64,000 bases of DNA from contig OZ024741.1 of the NCBI GenBank assembly GCA_964016885.1, forward strand, positions 101,308,001-101,372,000. The letters run 5' to 3'. Source of the DNA: Eledone cirrhosa. Lineage: Eukaryota. Of this stretch, positions 48,441-61,959 are shown one piece after another. Every line of letters begins with the position of its first letter. The stretch's first letter is position 1. The position numbers and the translations under genes are program-made. The notes under the pieces were generated by a model, which had not been told where the DNA came from, did not search any database, and saw nothing but the letters and a program-made list of their open reading frames with translations.

Positions 48441-51400
48441 CATATATATATTCAACTTTGTTTTTATTGAATGATTTAAATTATTATAATTATAATCATG
48501 TTTCACATAAAAGTGGAATTCATGGAACCTTATAAAAATATACAAAGCGAAAAAAACAAAACAGTTCAACAGTAAGTGCATCAATCGGTCACACACCACA
48601 AGGGGTAAACGGAACTTCCTTCTAATACTTTTTGGGACAAGCCAACACGCTCGCTGCATTACCATCAGTGATAGCTAGGCTAAGGCGCTGAAACAGCCAA
48701 TATTTGTATGTTACAGACTACATTGTCCAATATATAATTAAAAAAAAAAGAATGTAGGTTGTATTTGGTGAAATTTGTTACTATTTCTAGTACACATATC
48801 TATTTATTGACTGCGTACATGCTTTATTCGTTGACTCTAGTTGATATTGCTGAATTGACAAAGATAGTGCAGTTCATTGATAAAATAAATACGTGTAATA
48901 ATTTATCTGGCAAATCCGAAACCTCAACCCACTTTCTTTGCAAATTCACACAATCTTTCCAGATATAGCGTTTGCTGATAGTAAATAGATCTGATTAAAA
49001 GCATTAAATTATTTGTCAGTGACGTGTAGCAAGGCTTCTCAGTTCTTTTTTCACTCCATTCTCTCCATTTCCGGCCACTCACATGCTTGCAGTACTTAAA
49101 AAGGTTTTATTATATTGAAATAAACGATGTACATGAAATTACCTAATAGCAAAGTTCACATTTTCCCCCGAAACAAAAATGCTAACAATATAAATAACTT
49201 CAAATCACAAACGCAAAAGCCATAACTGTTAAAATTTAGCACACTATAACAGAGTGGAGGGGACTCTTGAATTTAGTAAGACAACCTCTTTAATTAAAAT
49301 CATGCAAGGTCAATAAGATAAATAGTTTGTTTTCAATATACATATATATACACATATATGAATCACTACCTCCTTACGGACAACTGACACTGCACACCAG
49401 GTTCAAACAGACGAGCCTGCCATCGCCTCCATCTCTCTGTATTATGAGCAAATGGGTCCCCACATGTTGGCCGCCCAGCGTTCAGAATGGAGAAGGCTCT
49501 TCCCCAGAGGATGGTAAGGGAGATGCACTGGAAGAGCTATTCCATCTCGCGAGGCTCACACCTGTGGCTAGCCAGCTCAGCACCTATGGTGTTAAGTAGG
49601 GAGGTAGCCCTAGGGCCAAGGACACCAGAAGTCCAATGCTAGGGGCTCGACTGCAAACCTGTTGGAGAGCCACCGATAGTTGGAGAGTTTAGCCTCATCA
49701 GCCCGAAGTGTAGCAGAACCCGGGTTAGTCGCAGACCGCACCAGGTTGCGGCTGGAGAATGTGTCGCTGCAAGTGACATCCTAGACGAGGAGTTTTTCAC
49801 TGGAGCGGGAAGATTGTCATACCACCTGGCCTTTTGCCATCCCCTCGGTCCAGCCTCACCAGCTCGAGCTGGGAGGGGAAGCCTGCAGCATCCTAGCCAT
49901 TCTTTATGACCTCGTTGAAGGCAGCATGGTGTGGATGGTGGCCAGCACTGTAGCGACAGCAAAGTAGGTGGAGGACAAAAGTGTCCACGGTGGATCCGCA
50001 GCGACATTTGTGTGGCTTGCAGATCCGGAGGTCAAGCCTCAGGGAAACCCCGGTGTGTAGGTTATCATTGTCCAGCTGCATGCCAGTGAAGGAGGGTAAG
50101 GCATGGAGCCAGGCACCGCTGTAGGGTTGTGTGGCTGCGTGAAAACATGCAAAGCTGTGCTGGTGAGCTAGCCTGTCTGAGGCCAGGTTGCACTAGATGG
50201 CATCCCAAATACTCTGGGGGGACTTGACGTCAGCAGGGGGAGAAGGAGGGACGTCTACTGGGCTAAGTCCAAGCCAGTTCCATGTCTCAGGCGCCTCACG
50301 TTCCTCGATCACAGTGGGTTTCATTGTGTTTAGGAAAACCTTGTTGACGAAGACGCGGCATGAGGTTACTGACTAAAGAAATGCTGGCAAAGCCAGTGAG
50401 ATCAGGGACCGGAAGCCAAGGCCACCATATTTAACAGGTAAGGTGGCCTGTTGTCATCCAATGTCAAACCTGATGTTGCATAACTTCTCAGCTGTCGCTC
50501 GGATACAAGTGTCGAGGTCAGCAAGGAAAGTTGCATGGCTGTAGCACTCACTGAGCACTATGAAGAGTATAGAAGAACTGCAGCATGGCGAAGCAGTTCC
50601 TCAACAGAAAGAAGACTGGGTGGGCGTCAATCATACCCAGTTGGCTCGTGAGGGTCTTATGATGCTAGAGCAGATGGCCGGCGGGATCGGTGACCCGAGG
50701 ATGAAGACATCCTCTTTACTGGAGATGTAGGCTGCAAAGCACTCAGAATCATGGTGGTGGCACGAATAATGTACCCACTCCGCGCTGTAAAGTAGTTGGT
50801 GATAGGAAGGGCATCCAGACAGAAAAACCCAGCTCCCAAAAAATGAAATATACTTAATTAAATATTTAACATAAAAATATAGAATCAAAACAAAAGAAAA
50901 TATTAAGTCAAGTGTGTTAATCGGTCACACGCTACAAGGCGTGGTGGATCTTCCCTGTAATACTTTTGAGGCAAGCCAACACACAGGTAGCGTTATCACC
51001 AAACACCCTCATGAGCATCACTTAATATCTCGGTACGGCGAGTTGCCAATGATGGCACTAACTCCATTGTCAGTGGCCTGGCTCCTCCAAACGTCTTGAG
51101 CACCACAAGGCTGGAAAAATACTTTGTCGATAATTCTTGGTATTTTAGAATTTACCACAGTATCCAGGGTGTGGGAAAGAGCAAAAGAGTCACTGACTGT
51201 GGTGTCTCAAATGAGACATACCTCTTACCCAGAAACAAAGGGTAAGACCATCTGCTTTCTTCCTATCAACTCTGGACAATCCAGCTGTCTCCAGAATTGA
51301 GGGAATTATTACCTGAGCTAGGGCCCGCTAGTCACTAACAATTTGCTCTAGGCATCGATGATATTACTAAGATAGGAGCTGACCTGGATTTGAATATCTG

Positions 51401-54400
51401 GTATCTTGATGATGCTTGTTTCAGAGTGCTCTAGATAAGGTCCTTGCAACTGCGCAGACGATGATTAAGAAACTTGGTTGTAGGAGTCTCCACGTCAGCA
51501 GCTCCAAATGCGAGCTCTGGCTCCTCAAAGAACCAGCTTCACATCAGCAGACTGTAGACCTGAGAGCAAAATTATGGAACAAAAGTATTCAAATGTGCAG
51601 TAGAGTTCTGTAGCACCTGAGGATCAATTTTTCACCATATTTCATAGATCTAGCTAAACATGCAACTAGAAACCATGGGATTGTGCAAAAAGAATTAAAG
51701 GAGACATTGGTAATCATTGCACACAATTAGATAACATTTTTTATTTAATAGAATTTATGTGATGTATTGATAGATCCATTTATAATTTGTTATAAATAAT
51801 GTTGGATTTGAGTTGGAAATGGCTGACTATAAAATGAAATTGAAAGAAAATAAAACTGACAATAAAATGAAAGTTAATTTAACAAAATGGTTGCCGCTAA
51901 CCCTAAAATCTTTTGTTATATTTCTAATGAAATATACTGCATCAGAATTTAAAATAATTTTCAAAATAATCAACAATTTGAAGGGATTTAATAATATAAT
52001 TAACTTTCTCATTATTAAGCTAGTAGTTAGAACAAAGCTTTAAGGTTCTTAAATAAAATTATGATAGAAGGCTTTTAAATAAATACAGATATTTCAAAGT
52101 AAACAGTTTTTTATCATTGAACATTTAATACTTGTCTGGAATTTGTCAAAATATCAGATACTTTTCAGTTTCATTTTATTATTGTCTATATCTAACTTGA
52201 TTCTGTATGAATGCCTAATTATTTTAAAATAACAGAACTATGGTTATAAAGGTTGGGTTGGGGTTTCACCACTCTGCAGTAATAATTGTTTCTACTTTTG
52301 GCACAAGGCCAGCAATTATACCAATATATTACTGGTACTTTATTTTATCGACCCCGTAAGGATGAAAGGCAAAGTTAACCTCGGCGGGATTTGAACTCAG
52401 TCCGTAAAGGGACTCTGCAGTAATAATTGTTTCTACTTTAGGCACAAGGCCAGCAATTACACAGTGCATTACTGGTACATTATTTTATCGACTCCGCAGT
52501 AATAATATTAGGTGGTTACCATTCTGTATTGATGATAAACACACACTACCAATTTCTGTAGTAATATGTTGGGGGTCTCCAATTTATGTAGTGGTAATAA
52601 TATATGGTCACCACTAAATATATAGAGGTTAATGTGCAGAACCAATTCAGAAAACCAAAGTAGGGTACACCAAATAAGAATACCTGTGTATTAAAATATT
52701 TCATTTCTAATTTATTCTCCATAAGATTAACAACAAAATGACTAAGATATTTGATCAAATTATAAATAAATAAACTAATGTATGCATGTTTATATGTAAA
52801 TGTGTATATATGTAGAACCAAATTATAAATAAATTGTTAGAGCATTGATATGAATGGCCAGCTAGTTACCTGGCTCAAGAAACTATTCCAATCTTAGTCT
52901 AAAACAATTCTGAAATCAGTGATAAAAATATCACCAAAACAAAATTGCATCCATCATGACTGACAATGTCAAGGGAGGTTACTGACAGCACATCAATTTT
53001 TCATTACATTCACCCACACTTGAAAATGTTTCATAAATCCAGTCTTTCTGGTGTTTTTCTGATTCTCTGGTATCAACACAGTTGAGGGGATTCGTCTTGT
53101 TGTTCTAGAGGGTCATCTCTATGAGGTGGATGCATTCCAGTTAGATTTCTGTCTGGCTCTTGGGAGACCACTGGTGTCAGTTAATTTGTTGGTAGGATTG
53201 ATTTTCCCCAGTGACGCTAATTGTTTGGTCGATACTGTTGTTTCATGACCGTCTGGATAACTAATCTGTGAATATTGGGAGTCAGCTTTGATTAAATCAA
53301 CTTGGTCAACGAGAGGGTCATATTTGCTAGTTTAAGAACTGGTCAAGAGTTTCTCTTGGTTTTTGCATTCTTGTAGCCAAAAAGTGGCATGCCAGTATGG
53401 TGTTCTTTGGTTTAATGTACACATTCTTTAGAGTTTGTACAGCTTGTTCATAACTAATCACTGACAGCATAGCAATTTTCCATTACAAGCATAATTCTTT
53501 GTATTAACAACATAGTGTCTGAAGGAACATAGTTAACACAAGAAATTATTGGCGGGAAGAGACTTGCCAGATATGATTCCAAAGATCATTGAATCAGGAA
53601 GGATATCTAAATTAAATTAAGTTAGCTTACGATTTCATTAAATTTTATAACTAGCTGTCACGGACGAAAAGTTTCTGGAATGTTCTTAATGTATTCATAA
53701 ACTATCTAAATATGTAGGAGTAGAAGTAGGATCTGATGATGGATGAGACTTACTTCATGTGTCTAAAGATAGAGTGAGTCTATTCTAAAATATGCTACAG
53801 ACTTAGTTATCTTGTGTATTTAAAAAAAAAAGTAAGAGTCTATGTAGCCGGTCCCGGTAAAATTATTTAGCCGGTAAGAGTGTCAGACACCATGAGTTGT
53901 GGCCCGAGTTAAGACAATTTGAAATCTTTTCCACCATCAATTGTTAAAAAACAAGTTAAAATCATTTAGTCATCATCTTATAATTCTGCTTGTGTTTCGT
54001 CCATTCATAACGTACATTACTCTTTAGTTACAGACACGCACATCTAGTGAGTGCCATGGCTTAAGAATTTTAACAGAGTCAAATATTTTTGAAATTAACA
54101 ATTTTAGCAGAAAATCACAACCTGGGTTAAAGAGAGTAGTGTTACCTGGGTTCTAAAATACTATTTATTATTTAGTAGGGCGGTGGATTGGCAGTATCGG
54201 TAGAATGTCGGACACCATGCTTTGCAAGCAAAGAGTTTTAGCCCTTTATGGTCTGAATTCAAATCCCACTGAGGTTAACTTTGCCTTTTCCCCTTACGGG
54301 GTTGATAAAATAAAGTACCAGTAATACACAGGGATAATTGCTGGCCTTGTGCCAAAAGTAGAAACAATTATTTGGTGGTAAAATAAACTTCCAGGACCCC

Positions 54401-55505
54401 AGCTAGAGTTGCGTCCCTTTAGGGTTTACCAGTAAAATAAGCTTAAAAACCATGTTTGTTTATTTTGCCAGGACCGGCTATGTAGCCTATTCCTAAAAAA
54501 TATGGATTTGAACAATTATTTAAAGATATTGCAACTGTATATCATTTGTATTTAGAAAAGAAAAACAAAATCAACTTTCCACATAGGAAGACACTTTTAC
54601 TTTATACTCTATACCTTTTCAAATTTATCTTATAAAAGAAAAGCTGATCTCTGGTTGTTTGTAGGAGGAAGAAGGAGAGGAGAAAAAGTTATTGTTGAGA
54701 GAGAGATTTCACACACACACACTCTCTCTCAACCACTTTTCCCTCTTCCCCCTTTCCTCTCCTACATATATATGTGAAACGTTGTCAGTGAAAGAGAGAG
54801 ATAGAGTGTGTGTGTGAAAGATAGATTGTGTAATTCAACAAAGATACTATATGATGAACAAATATTTTTACTGTAGCTATGTGGTTTTACTAGTACAAAT
54901 TAAAATAATCTCAATGCAAATTAAAATATGCTTGAAGCCAAATCTCCCAAAGAAAACAATTATCAACAATGAGATACTAACTGAGCAGGAAATCATGTTT
55001 TAGTGGTTAGAGTATTCAGTTCACAATCATAAGGTTGTGTGTTTGATTCTCAGTGTTGCATTATTTCTTTAAGCAAGACACTTTATTTCATGTTGATCCT
55101 GTCTCTTAAGCTGGAAAAAATATATTTTGTAATTGTGATTCAGAGGCATCAGTCCAACACATACACATATTAGGGTGCTCATGAGCACATGGTTGTGAGT
55201 TTGATTCTTTGTGGCACATTGTGTTCTTGAGTAAGACACTTAATTTCACATTGTTCCAGTCTATTCAGTTGAAAAAAATTTGTTGTACCAGTAATTCACA
55301 GGGACATCCTTGTTACGCACTGTGTCATGCCGATTCTCCCTGAGAATTACATTAATGGGACATGTGTCTTGAATGTTCATCAACCTGCATGAGGAGGCTG
55401 TCCTGTTGATCAGACAACCAGAACAACAAGACTTATCAGAACCAACAGCGATCCAACATGCATACACATTAGAGTAAGTAGGATTTCTAAGTATAGATCT
55501 CATCA
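43355..55505. repeat. Tandem segmental duplication, unit 2 (~12,150 bp)
   Basis: Junction tctc|ATCA|ccttatgg at 43355-43358; the unit ends tctcATCA|gaaaa at 55505. Confidence 0.97.
45046..46326 (+). mobile_element. Non-autonomous Helitron, duplicated copy
   Basis: Same termini and length as 32913-34193. Confidence 0.85.
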
Positions 55506-55716
55506 GAAAAATTCCTACAGTCCTATATAGGCAGACACAACACAGAAGGAACAGAGAGAGAATGAGAAAACATATATATACACACACAGACACACACATA
55601 TATGTACCAACTTGATCTAGTGATGGTTTTGAATATATATATTTTTTAATTGATTTATTTTGATTACATTGTTTGCAATTGTTTTTTTTTCATTGTTTAA
55701 ATAGAGACTCTAAAGA

Positions 55717-55989
55717 AGCAGGTTGAGCAAGTTATAACTTGCTCCCTCATGATGGTCAAGATGAGATCGAAAATGATAGCAGTTGTACAACAATTATTGG
55801 AATAAAATGTACACATTCACACACATGCACATGCACATGCATACATATATATATGTGTGTGTGTATATACATGTGCACATGCATGTGTGTGAATGTGTAC
55901 ATTTTATTCCAATAATTGTTCAACTGCTATCATTTTCGATCTCATCTTGACCATCATGAAGGAGCAAGTTATAACTTGCTCAACCTGCT
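55717..55989. repeat. Inverted repeat (~115-bp arms around a CA/TA microsatellite), Penelope-like with decayed hammerhead cores
   Basis: agcaggttgagcaagttataacttgctc...gaataaaatgtacacattcacacacatgc is mirrored at 55878-55989. Confidence 0.9.
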
Positions 55990-56468
55990 CCATCAAGTTG
56001 GTATACATCAGGTGTGAGAAAGGAAAAAGAGTGGAGCCGATTATCAAATTGGACCAACAAAACAATTCCATTGCTGACACTGTATATATGTTGTAAATCC
56101 TGCCAGAAGAAGCAATGTGAAATAAAGTATTTTGCTTAAGAACACAATGCACCACCTGCTATAGGAATCAAACTTGTAGACTTATGATCCGGAGTCCAAC
56201 ACACTAACCACTTGGCCATGAACCTTCAAGCTGAAGGTGTAAAACATGAGATCCAAATAATTAAAGAACGAGTTTATATCTATATGTGTGTGTTTAGCAG
56301 AAAGAAACTGGGTGACTTAATTAGCAGTGGGGAAGAGTAATCTGGAAGTATAGTAGCTAGAAGGAGAACTGGGTAGAAAAATATCTGGTAGCTTTTTTTG
56401 TTGGCCACAAGAATGAAACACCTATGTGAGAACTGTGATGCTGCATGTAAGTAAGATATGAGCCTTAA

Positions 56469-56687
56469 CCCTTTAGCATTTAAACCGGTCGTATCCAGCC
56501 AGAATTCTCTCACTTCTTTCTGTTCAAACTGGCTGTAACAGGCCACTCATACTGATGCTAAGGTATTGTTCTCAAAATAAATAATATTAAAATCTCATAG
56601 ATTCAATATTATGTGAGATAATTATATAAGATAGTGTTTACTGTGAAAATATAATACTATATATAGAGTAATGTAAATGCTAAAGGG
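56469..56687. mobile_element. piggyBac-like MITE (219 bp)
   Basis: TTAA target duplications (56465-56468, 56688-56691) and TIR CCCTTTAGCATTTA / TAAATGCTAAAGGG. Confidence 0.9.
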
Positions 56688-58645
56688 TTAAATGAAGAGA
56701 ATCTGAAGATTGGAAAGGAATGAGACAGCAAGAAATTGTGTTGAGAAATTATTAATAATAGAATTTATATATATATATATATATATGTATATGCAGCTGT
56801 AAAAACCCAGCCAACACATAGTCCCGATTTGTGCAAGGTACGGCATGGTCATCTGGCCAGACTCATCTTATAACGGCCACTGAGCTCCACACTGTAAATA
56901 GTGAGGCTGTGTTTGGGCTGGGTTTTTATGGCTGAATGCCCTAAAAACCCAGCCCAAACACAGCCTCACTATGAGCAAGGAATAGTGTGGTAAACTGGTC
57001 AGACCTCCCTCATAATGAGACCACCCAGATCCCAAAACACAGTAACAGTCCCAATATGTGCAAGATACAGCGTGGCCATCTGGCCAGACTTGGCTCATAA
57101 CAGGACCACCCAGTAACACGGCTCCACTATGAGTAAAGCTTGGCATGACCAACTGGCCTGACCACCCTCATAATAGGACCACCCAGCTCCCAAATTATGG
57201 TTCTGATGTGAGCATCCAGCTGTAAAAATCCCAGCCAAAATAGTTTTGTCTGAGCAAGATAAGGCATGGCCAGCTGGCCAGACTTGTTTCATGACGTGGG
57301 CGACACATCTAAGCCATAACAGTGATGATATATATATATGTATATACACACTATATATAATATATTTATATATGCACACATATCCATTTAAATATATATA
57401 TATATACATACACACACACACGTCTGTATTGTCATGAATGTCAGAGACTCCATTTTTAAAAGGAATTATGATGTTCATTTATATCCTTCATAAGTGACAC
57501 ATTTTGCCATGCAGTAGTTTGATGAATGTCAGCTCCATGTATACCATACTTTAAAAAATTAAACTATAGGTTGTCATCAGGAATGGAAAATTGTTTCAAA
57601 AGTCTCATCCAACCCATGCTAGCATGGAAAAAACAACCTTAAGAACAATGATGATGGTATATTGGCATTTTTACCTATTTAGATATGTGTATAAATTGTA
57701 TAAAACCTCCATTTGATGTGACCAGGAATCATTCTGCATCATGGCAGCTGATACCTAGAAAGTGGTATTCATGTTATACAAACATCTATCACTATAATCT
57801 CTCGGCGATGTACTGATATTTTCAAACACCACAGTATTCATAAGAGTATTTTATTGGCTGTATCAGTAGAGCATCAGAAATGCTTTGAGGCATATAGTTA
57901 TAGCCCTTTACATTCTGAGTTCAAATCCCGCCAAGGTTAACTTTGCCTTTCATCCTTACGGGTTCGATAAAGTTATGCCCCCCCCCCCCCCCCCCAAAAA
58001 AAATCTGTTGGCTTAGTACCTAAATCAGAAACCATTATTATCTCTCATAATCAGTACTATCAATCATCACAGTCTTTTATGATACTAATCATTTCGATAA
58101 AATAAAGTACCAGTAATGTACTGGGTAATTGCTGGCCTTGTGCCAAAAGTAGAAACAATTATTATTATACATGCTGGCTCTTTGAAGTACTTTGGCAATG
58201 AGTGCAGAGTGAAATGTGTAGACGGGATCCTGTACTGATTTAGCAGAGAATATCTAAAAACAGTTTTATTAATTCAAATATTTACAATATCTTTATTAGT
58301 GGACAGATTGTTGTGAAAATTTGCAGAAACATCAATTTTTCATGTGATGCAGTCATATTGCTACTTTGTACTTTTCTAGAGTGTCTTACTAATGTTGTTT
58401 CATGTGGTACAGGATGTTAAGAGTTAAAGCATTGTTTGAATATAAACATTAATTAAATGTACAGGAGACAATGTAGAGGAATGCAGAATACAAGACAATA
58501 TCACTAGTGTTAGTGCCACAATAAAATACACCCAGTACACTCTGTAAACTGGTTGGGAACACATTGAAAATGATATATATTATTAATATTCTGATTTTGT
58601 AGCATATTATGTAACTTGCTTGTCATTCTTTTTTTTATTTTTAAG

Positions 58646-58681
58646 GAAAATTCTGCGTTTAAAATGATGAATCAAAACAAG
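58646..58681 (+). CDS. Candidate 36-nt exon of an unidentified + strand gene (ENSAFKMMNQNK, or 5' UTR plus MMNQNK)
   Basis: Long T-rich acceptor ttcttttttttatttttaag|, donor AAG|gtaaat, open phase-0 frame; no recognisable homology. Confidence 0.45.
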
Positions 58682-60000
58682 GTAAATATATTGTTACTTT
58701 ATTACGTTTCTCAAATAATAAATTTTTGTTTCATTTGCTCAGCATAGAAACTTGGCAAAATAATTTACATTGTTGATAAAAGATGTGAAAGATGAGTCAC
58801 ACTTATTTTCCATACAACATTTCTAGCTCAGTACATGATTTGAATAAGGGTTTTGTAAACCTAGTAAGATGCATGCTGGCTTTTAAATATAAAAAAAAAA
58901 CAACTTATATATAAGTGTACCTGATTGTTTCTTTGTACCTCAAGATATCTATGGTACAAGGAGAGGAGGAGGAAACATCACTCACCTATTTTGTGGGATG
59001 TCTCACTGGTTGAGCTTGTCCAGAATGAAGTTTATCTGTGGGCCTAAGAACCAAGCCTGACAATATCTTCTGGCCTGAAAATATAACCACATAACTCTTT
59101 AACCCCAATGCATAGAGCAAACTACAAACTGCTTCCCTAACCAACTGTTGATGAGGGAGAGAGAGAAAGCCTCCAACTCTGCTGCTGCTTCCTGCTACGT
59201 GATGTCAGTGTGCCCTTCTGCTTTCAACAAGGTTCTCTGACCCCATGTCACTAGCTCTTATACTTCCAGCAAGGCTTCCTGCCCTACAGTATCGCATGAA
59301 ACTTTTAGGTATGAGGAAATAATCTAGCTTACTAACATACAATTATATTAGATTCTACACAAGGGTGTACTGTGTATTTTGCATTGTTTCATGAAGATAC
59401 AAGCATCATCATCATTTAAAGGTTAGAGCACCTGGCCAGAATTTGAGAGATAGTAAGTTCAATTCTCCGAAGCAGTTGTCTATTATTTATACCAATCAAC
59501 TATTGTTACAGTTATTTTCTGCATTAGCGATTCCTACATTTCCTAAAGAATTTAAATTACCCAGCACTTCAATAGTTTTATATAAAAGGTTGTTTACAGC
59601 CCAGTTGTTCTGTATAGCTATCGTATTCAGATGGGATCTGTGACCAGAGGCTCCTTAGCTAAATGGTTAGAACACTCAAATGGAAATTGGGATACAGTTT
59701 GATTCTCTGTAGTGGCTGTTAAACTATTGGAATTTTTTACTCGATTTTCTAAGCTATTATTTATAGCAATCAACTGTTATAGTTATTCTCTAATTTGGAA
59801 TTCAAAGAATTTCAAATCAGCCAGTGCTTTATTATATATATATATATATATATATTTATTTATTTACGTTTGTTGGTTCACCACTGGATAGAACTGGTCA
59901 TTCCGTATGGTCAACCTCGATGTAATATTATGGAGAGCACTCAACGTAATGCAACTCACCCGTCTTCGTATGTGTAGTTGGTGGTGCGAGTACGGAGTTA

Positions 60001-60117
60001 ATTATAAAATAACAGGAGGCTGGACTGGTGTAAATCCTTGAAAGGTTTATTATACTATGACCATTTAATAAACCTTTCAAGGATTTACACCAGTCCAGCC
60101 ACCTGATATTTTATAAT
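60001..60117. repeat. Near-perfect hairpin (~52-bp arms) abutting (TA)n
   Basis: attataaaataacaggaggctggactggtgtaaatccttgaaaggtttatta / taataaacctttcaaggatttacaccagtccagccacctgatattttataat. Confidence 0.93.
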
Positions 60118-60689
60118 ATATATATATATATATAATAGGAACTATGTAATATAATGGCTGCAGCCCTAATGATAGCTATTGTCTTCATACCAGTAATTGT
60201 TGCAGATGATGATGATATATATATATGTAGTGAAAAAAGCGTGGATGTTAGAAAACATTCTATACAGATAATGTTATATAAGGAAAATGACAAAAAAAGG
60301 GATTGAAAATGCACCTGGTAATATATATAAAGGATTGATGTTAACAAAGCCTGCTTTACAAAAATTGATGTTAGCAAAGCCTGCTTTCTTCATTTTGCAT
60401 TATTAAAACATTTGTTATTAGGTTAAATTGTTTTTCGTTAAAACTCCTGCATGCTAATTCTTGAGCATATTGGTGTAGGTCGCTTCTGTCCTTGCTAAAA
60501 TAAGGGATACAACTGATTATTTTTGGTGTCGCTTGTGTGTAAAAATATTATAGTCTGTGGTAATGGGCATAACTCTACTTTCCTTTAGTGTTGAAAAATT
60601 ATGTTGCAAGTGAGTTCAATCTTGGTTTAAATTTTCTGATAAAGATTTTATCTTTATTAATTCGACCTTGTTCTGTGATTTCATAACTA

Positions 60690-61295
60690 CATTGGTACAA
60701 TGGGAAAACATCGAAATTTGGCAGCGTTTTGCCTCTGCATTCTTCTATATGTTTGCTTAGAGGGATCTTCAATGCCACTGGCTAGATATAGTCAGGGTTC
60801 CTCTACAAAGTTCCGTGGCTCTGATACTATAGATTTGGATGGAGGATAGAAACTCCACTATTCAGGTGTGGCACCAGAAATGACTGCACAGGTGAGAGTG
60901 GGGATACTCATAAGCCCCTGGCTGTCAGAATGCGTTATGGACTGGATCCCATTAAGAGGGAGAATTTGCCTCTTAGAGCTTAGGCTGAAAGATAGGTCTC
61001 TGTGGGTGGTGCAAGTTTATGCACCAAACTAGGAATCCGAATACAGACCCTTCCTTGAGGAAGTCACTGCAGCGTTATATGAGTTACAACTGAGTCATAT
61101 ATCCTGATGGGAGACTTCAATGCACATGTTGGTACAGACCACCTGACATGGATTGGAATGGTGACCCCCCCATTTCAAATATGAATGGAAAGGCCATATT
61201 AGACTTCTGTTCTAGCAATGAACATCTTCCAGTACAGAGACATCCATAAATATACATTGTATAAGGAGAATCAGGGACAGAGATCAATAATTGCA
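60690..61295 (+). mobile_element. Degenerate APE-endonuclease fragment of a different RTE-group LINE
   Basis: Remnant motifs VVQVYAPN*ESEYRPFLEEV and YILMGDFNAHVG, with stops and frameshifts. Confidence 0.75.
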
Positions 61296-61959
61296 CACTA
61301 CATCTCATTCCTCCTATACACAGTTTTTCTTTCAGCTCATTTCTAGATATGTTAGAGGAGAAGCAGAAAAGAAGTTTGTACATGTTGTACGTCTTCATTG
61401 TATGTTCCTGTTATTCAAACAAAATACTTCCTTTGTTATCATGTTTGTATAATTGAGGTCTAATTATATATATATATATATAACCTTACCTTCTCGCTAA
61501 CCTTAATTCTGTCGTATTTTCAAAACAAAACAAATCCTTCTTATATATTCTTTTAAATATATTTTGTTATGCTGGTTAAATTTTATGCCAAATTTTGAGT
61601 GCTTTATTTAAACTCTTAACCTCTGCTCCATCCTATCTTCTCCCCCCCCCCCTCTATACATATAAGGTAAACCCTACCAAGTACGAAAAATTCAGAATCG
61701 CCAAATCCCTTTTCTGGTATGGCTGTTTCCATCGTATAATGTAACATACAAATATTTTCTCCATTCTCCTCTCCATTTTAATGCATTAGTCCATCCATTC
61801 ACCATTCTCTATCATATTTTCCAATCTTTGTCTTTCTACTCGATACACTGTCGTATTTTCCAAAACAAATCTTGTGTTTTTGTTTATGCTTGTTAAATTA
61901 TGCCCAAAATACGGAGATCCTATTTATAACCTTACCTTCTCGCTAACTACCCAACATCC

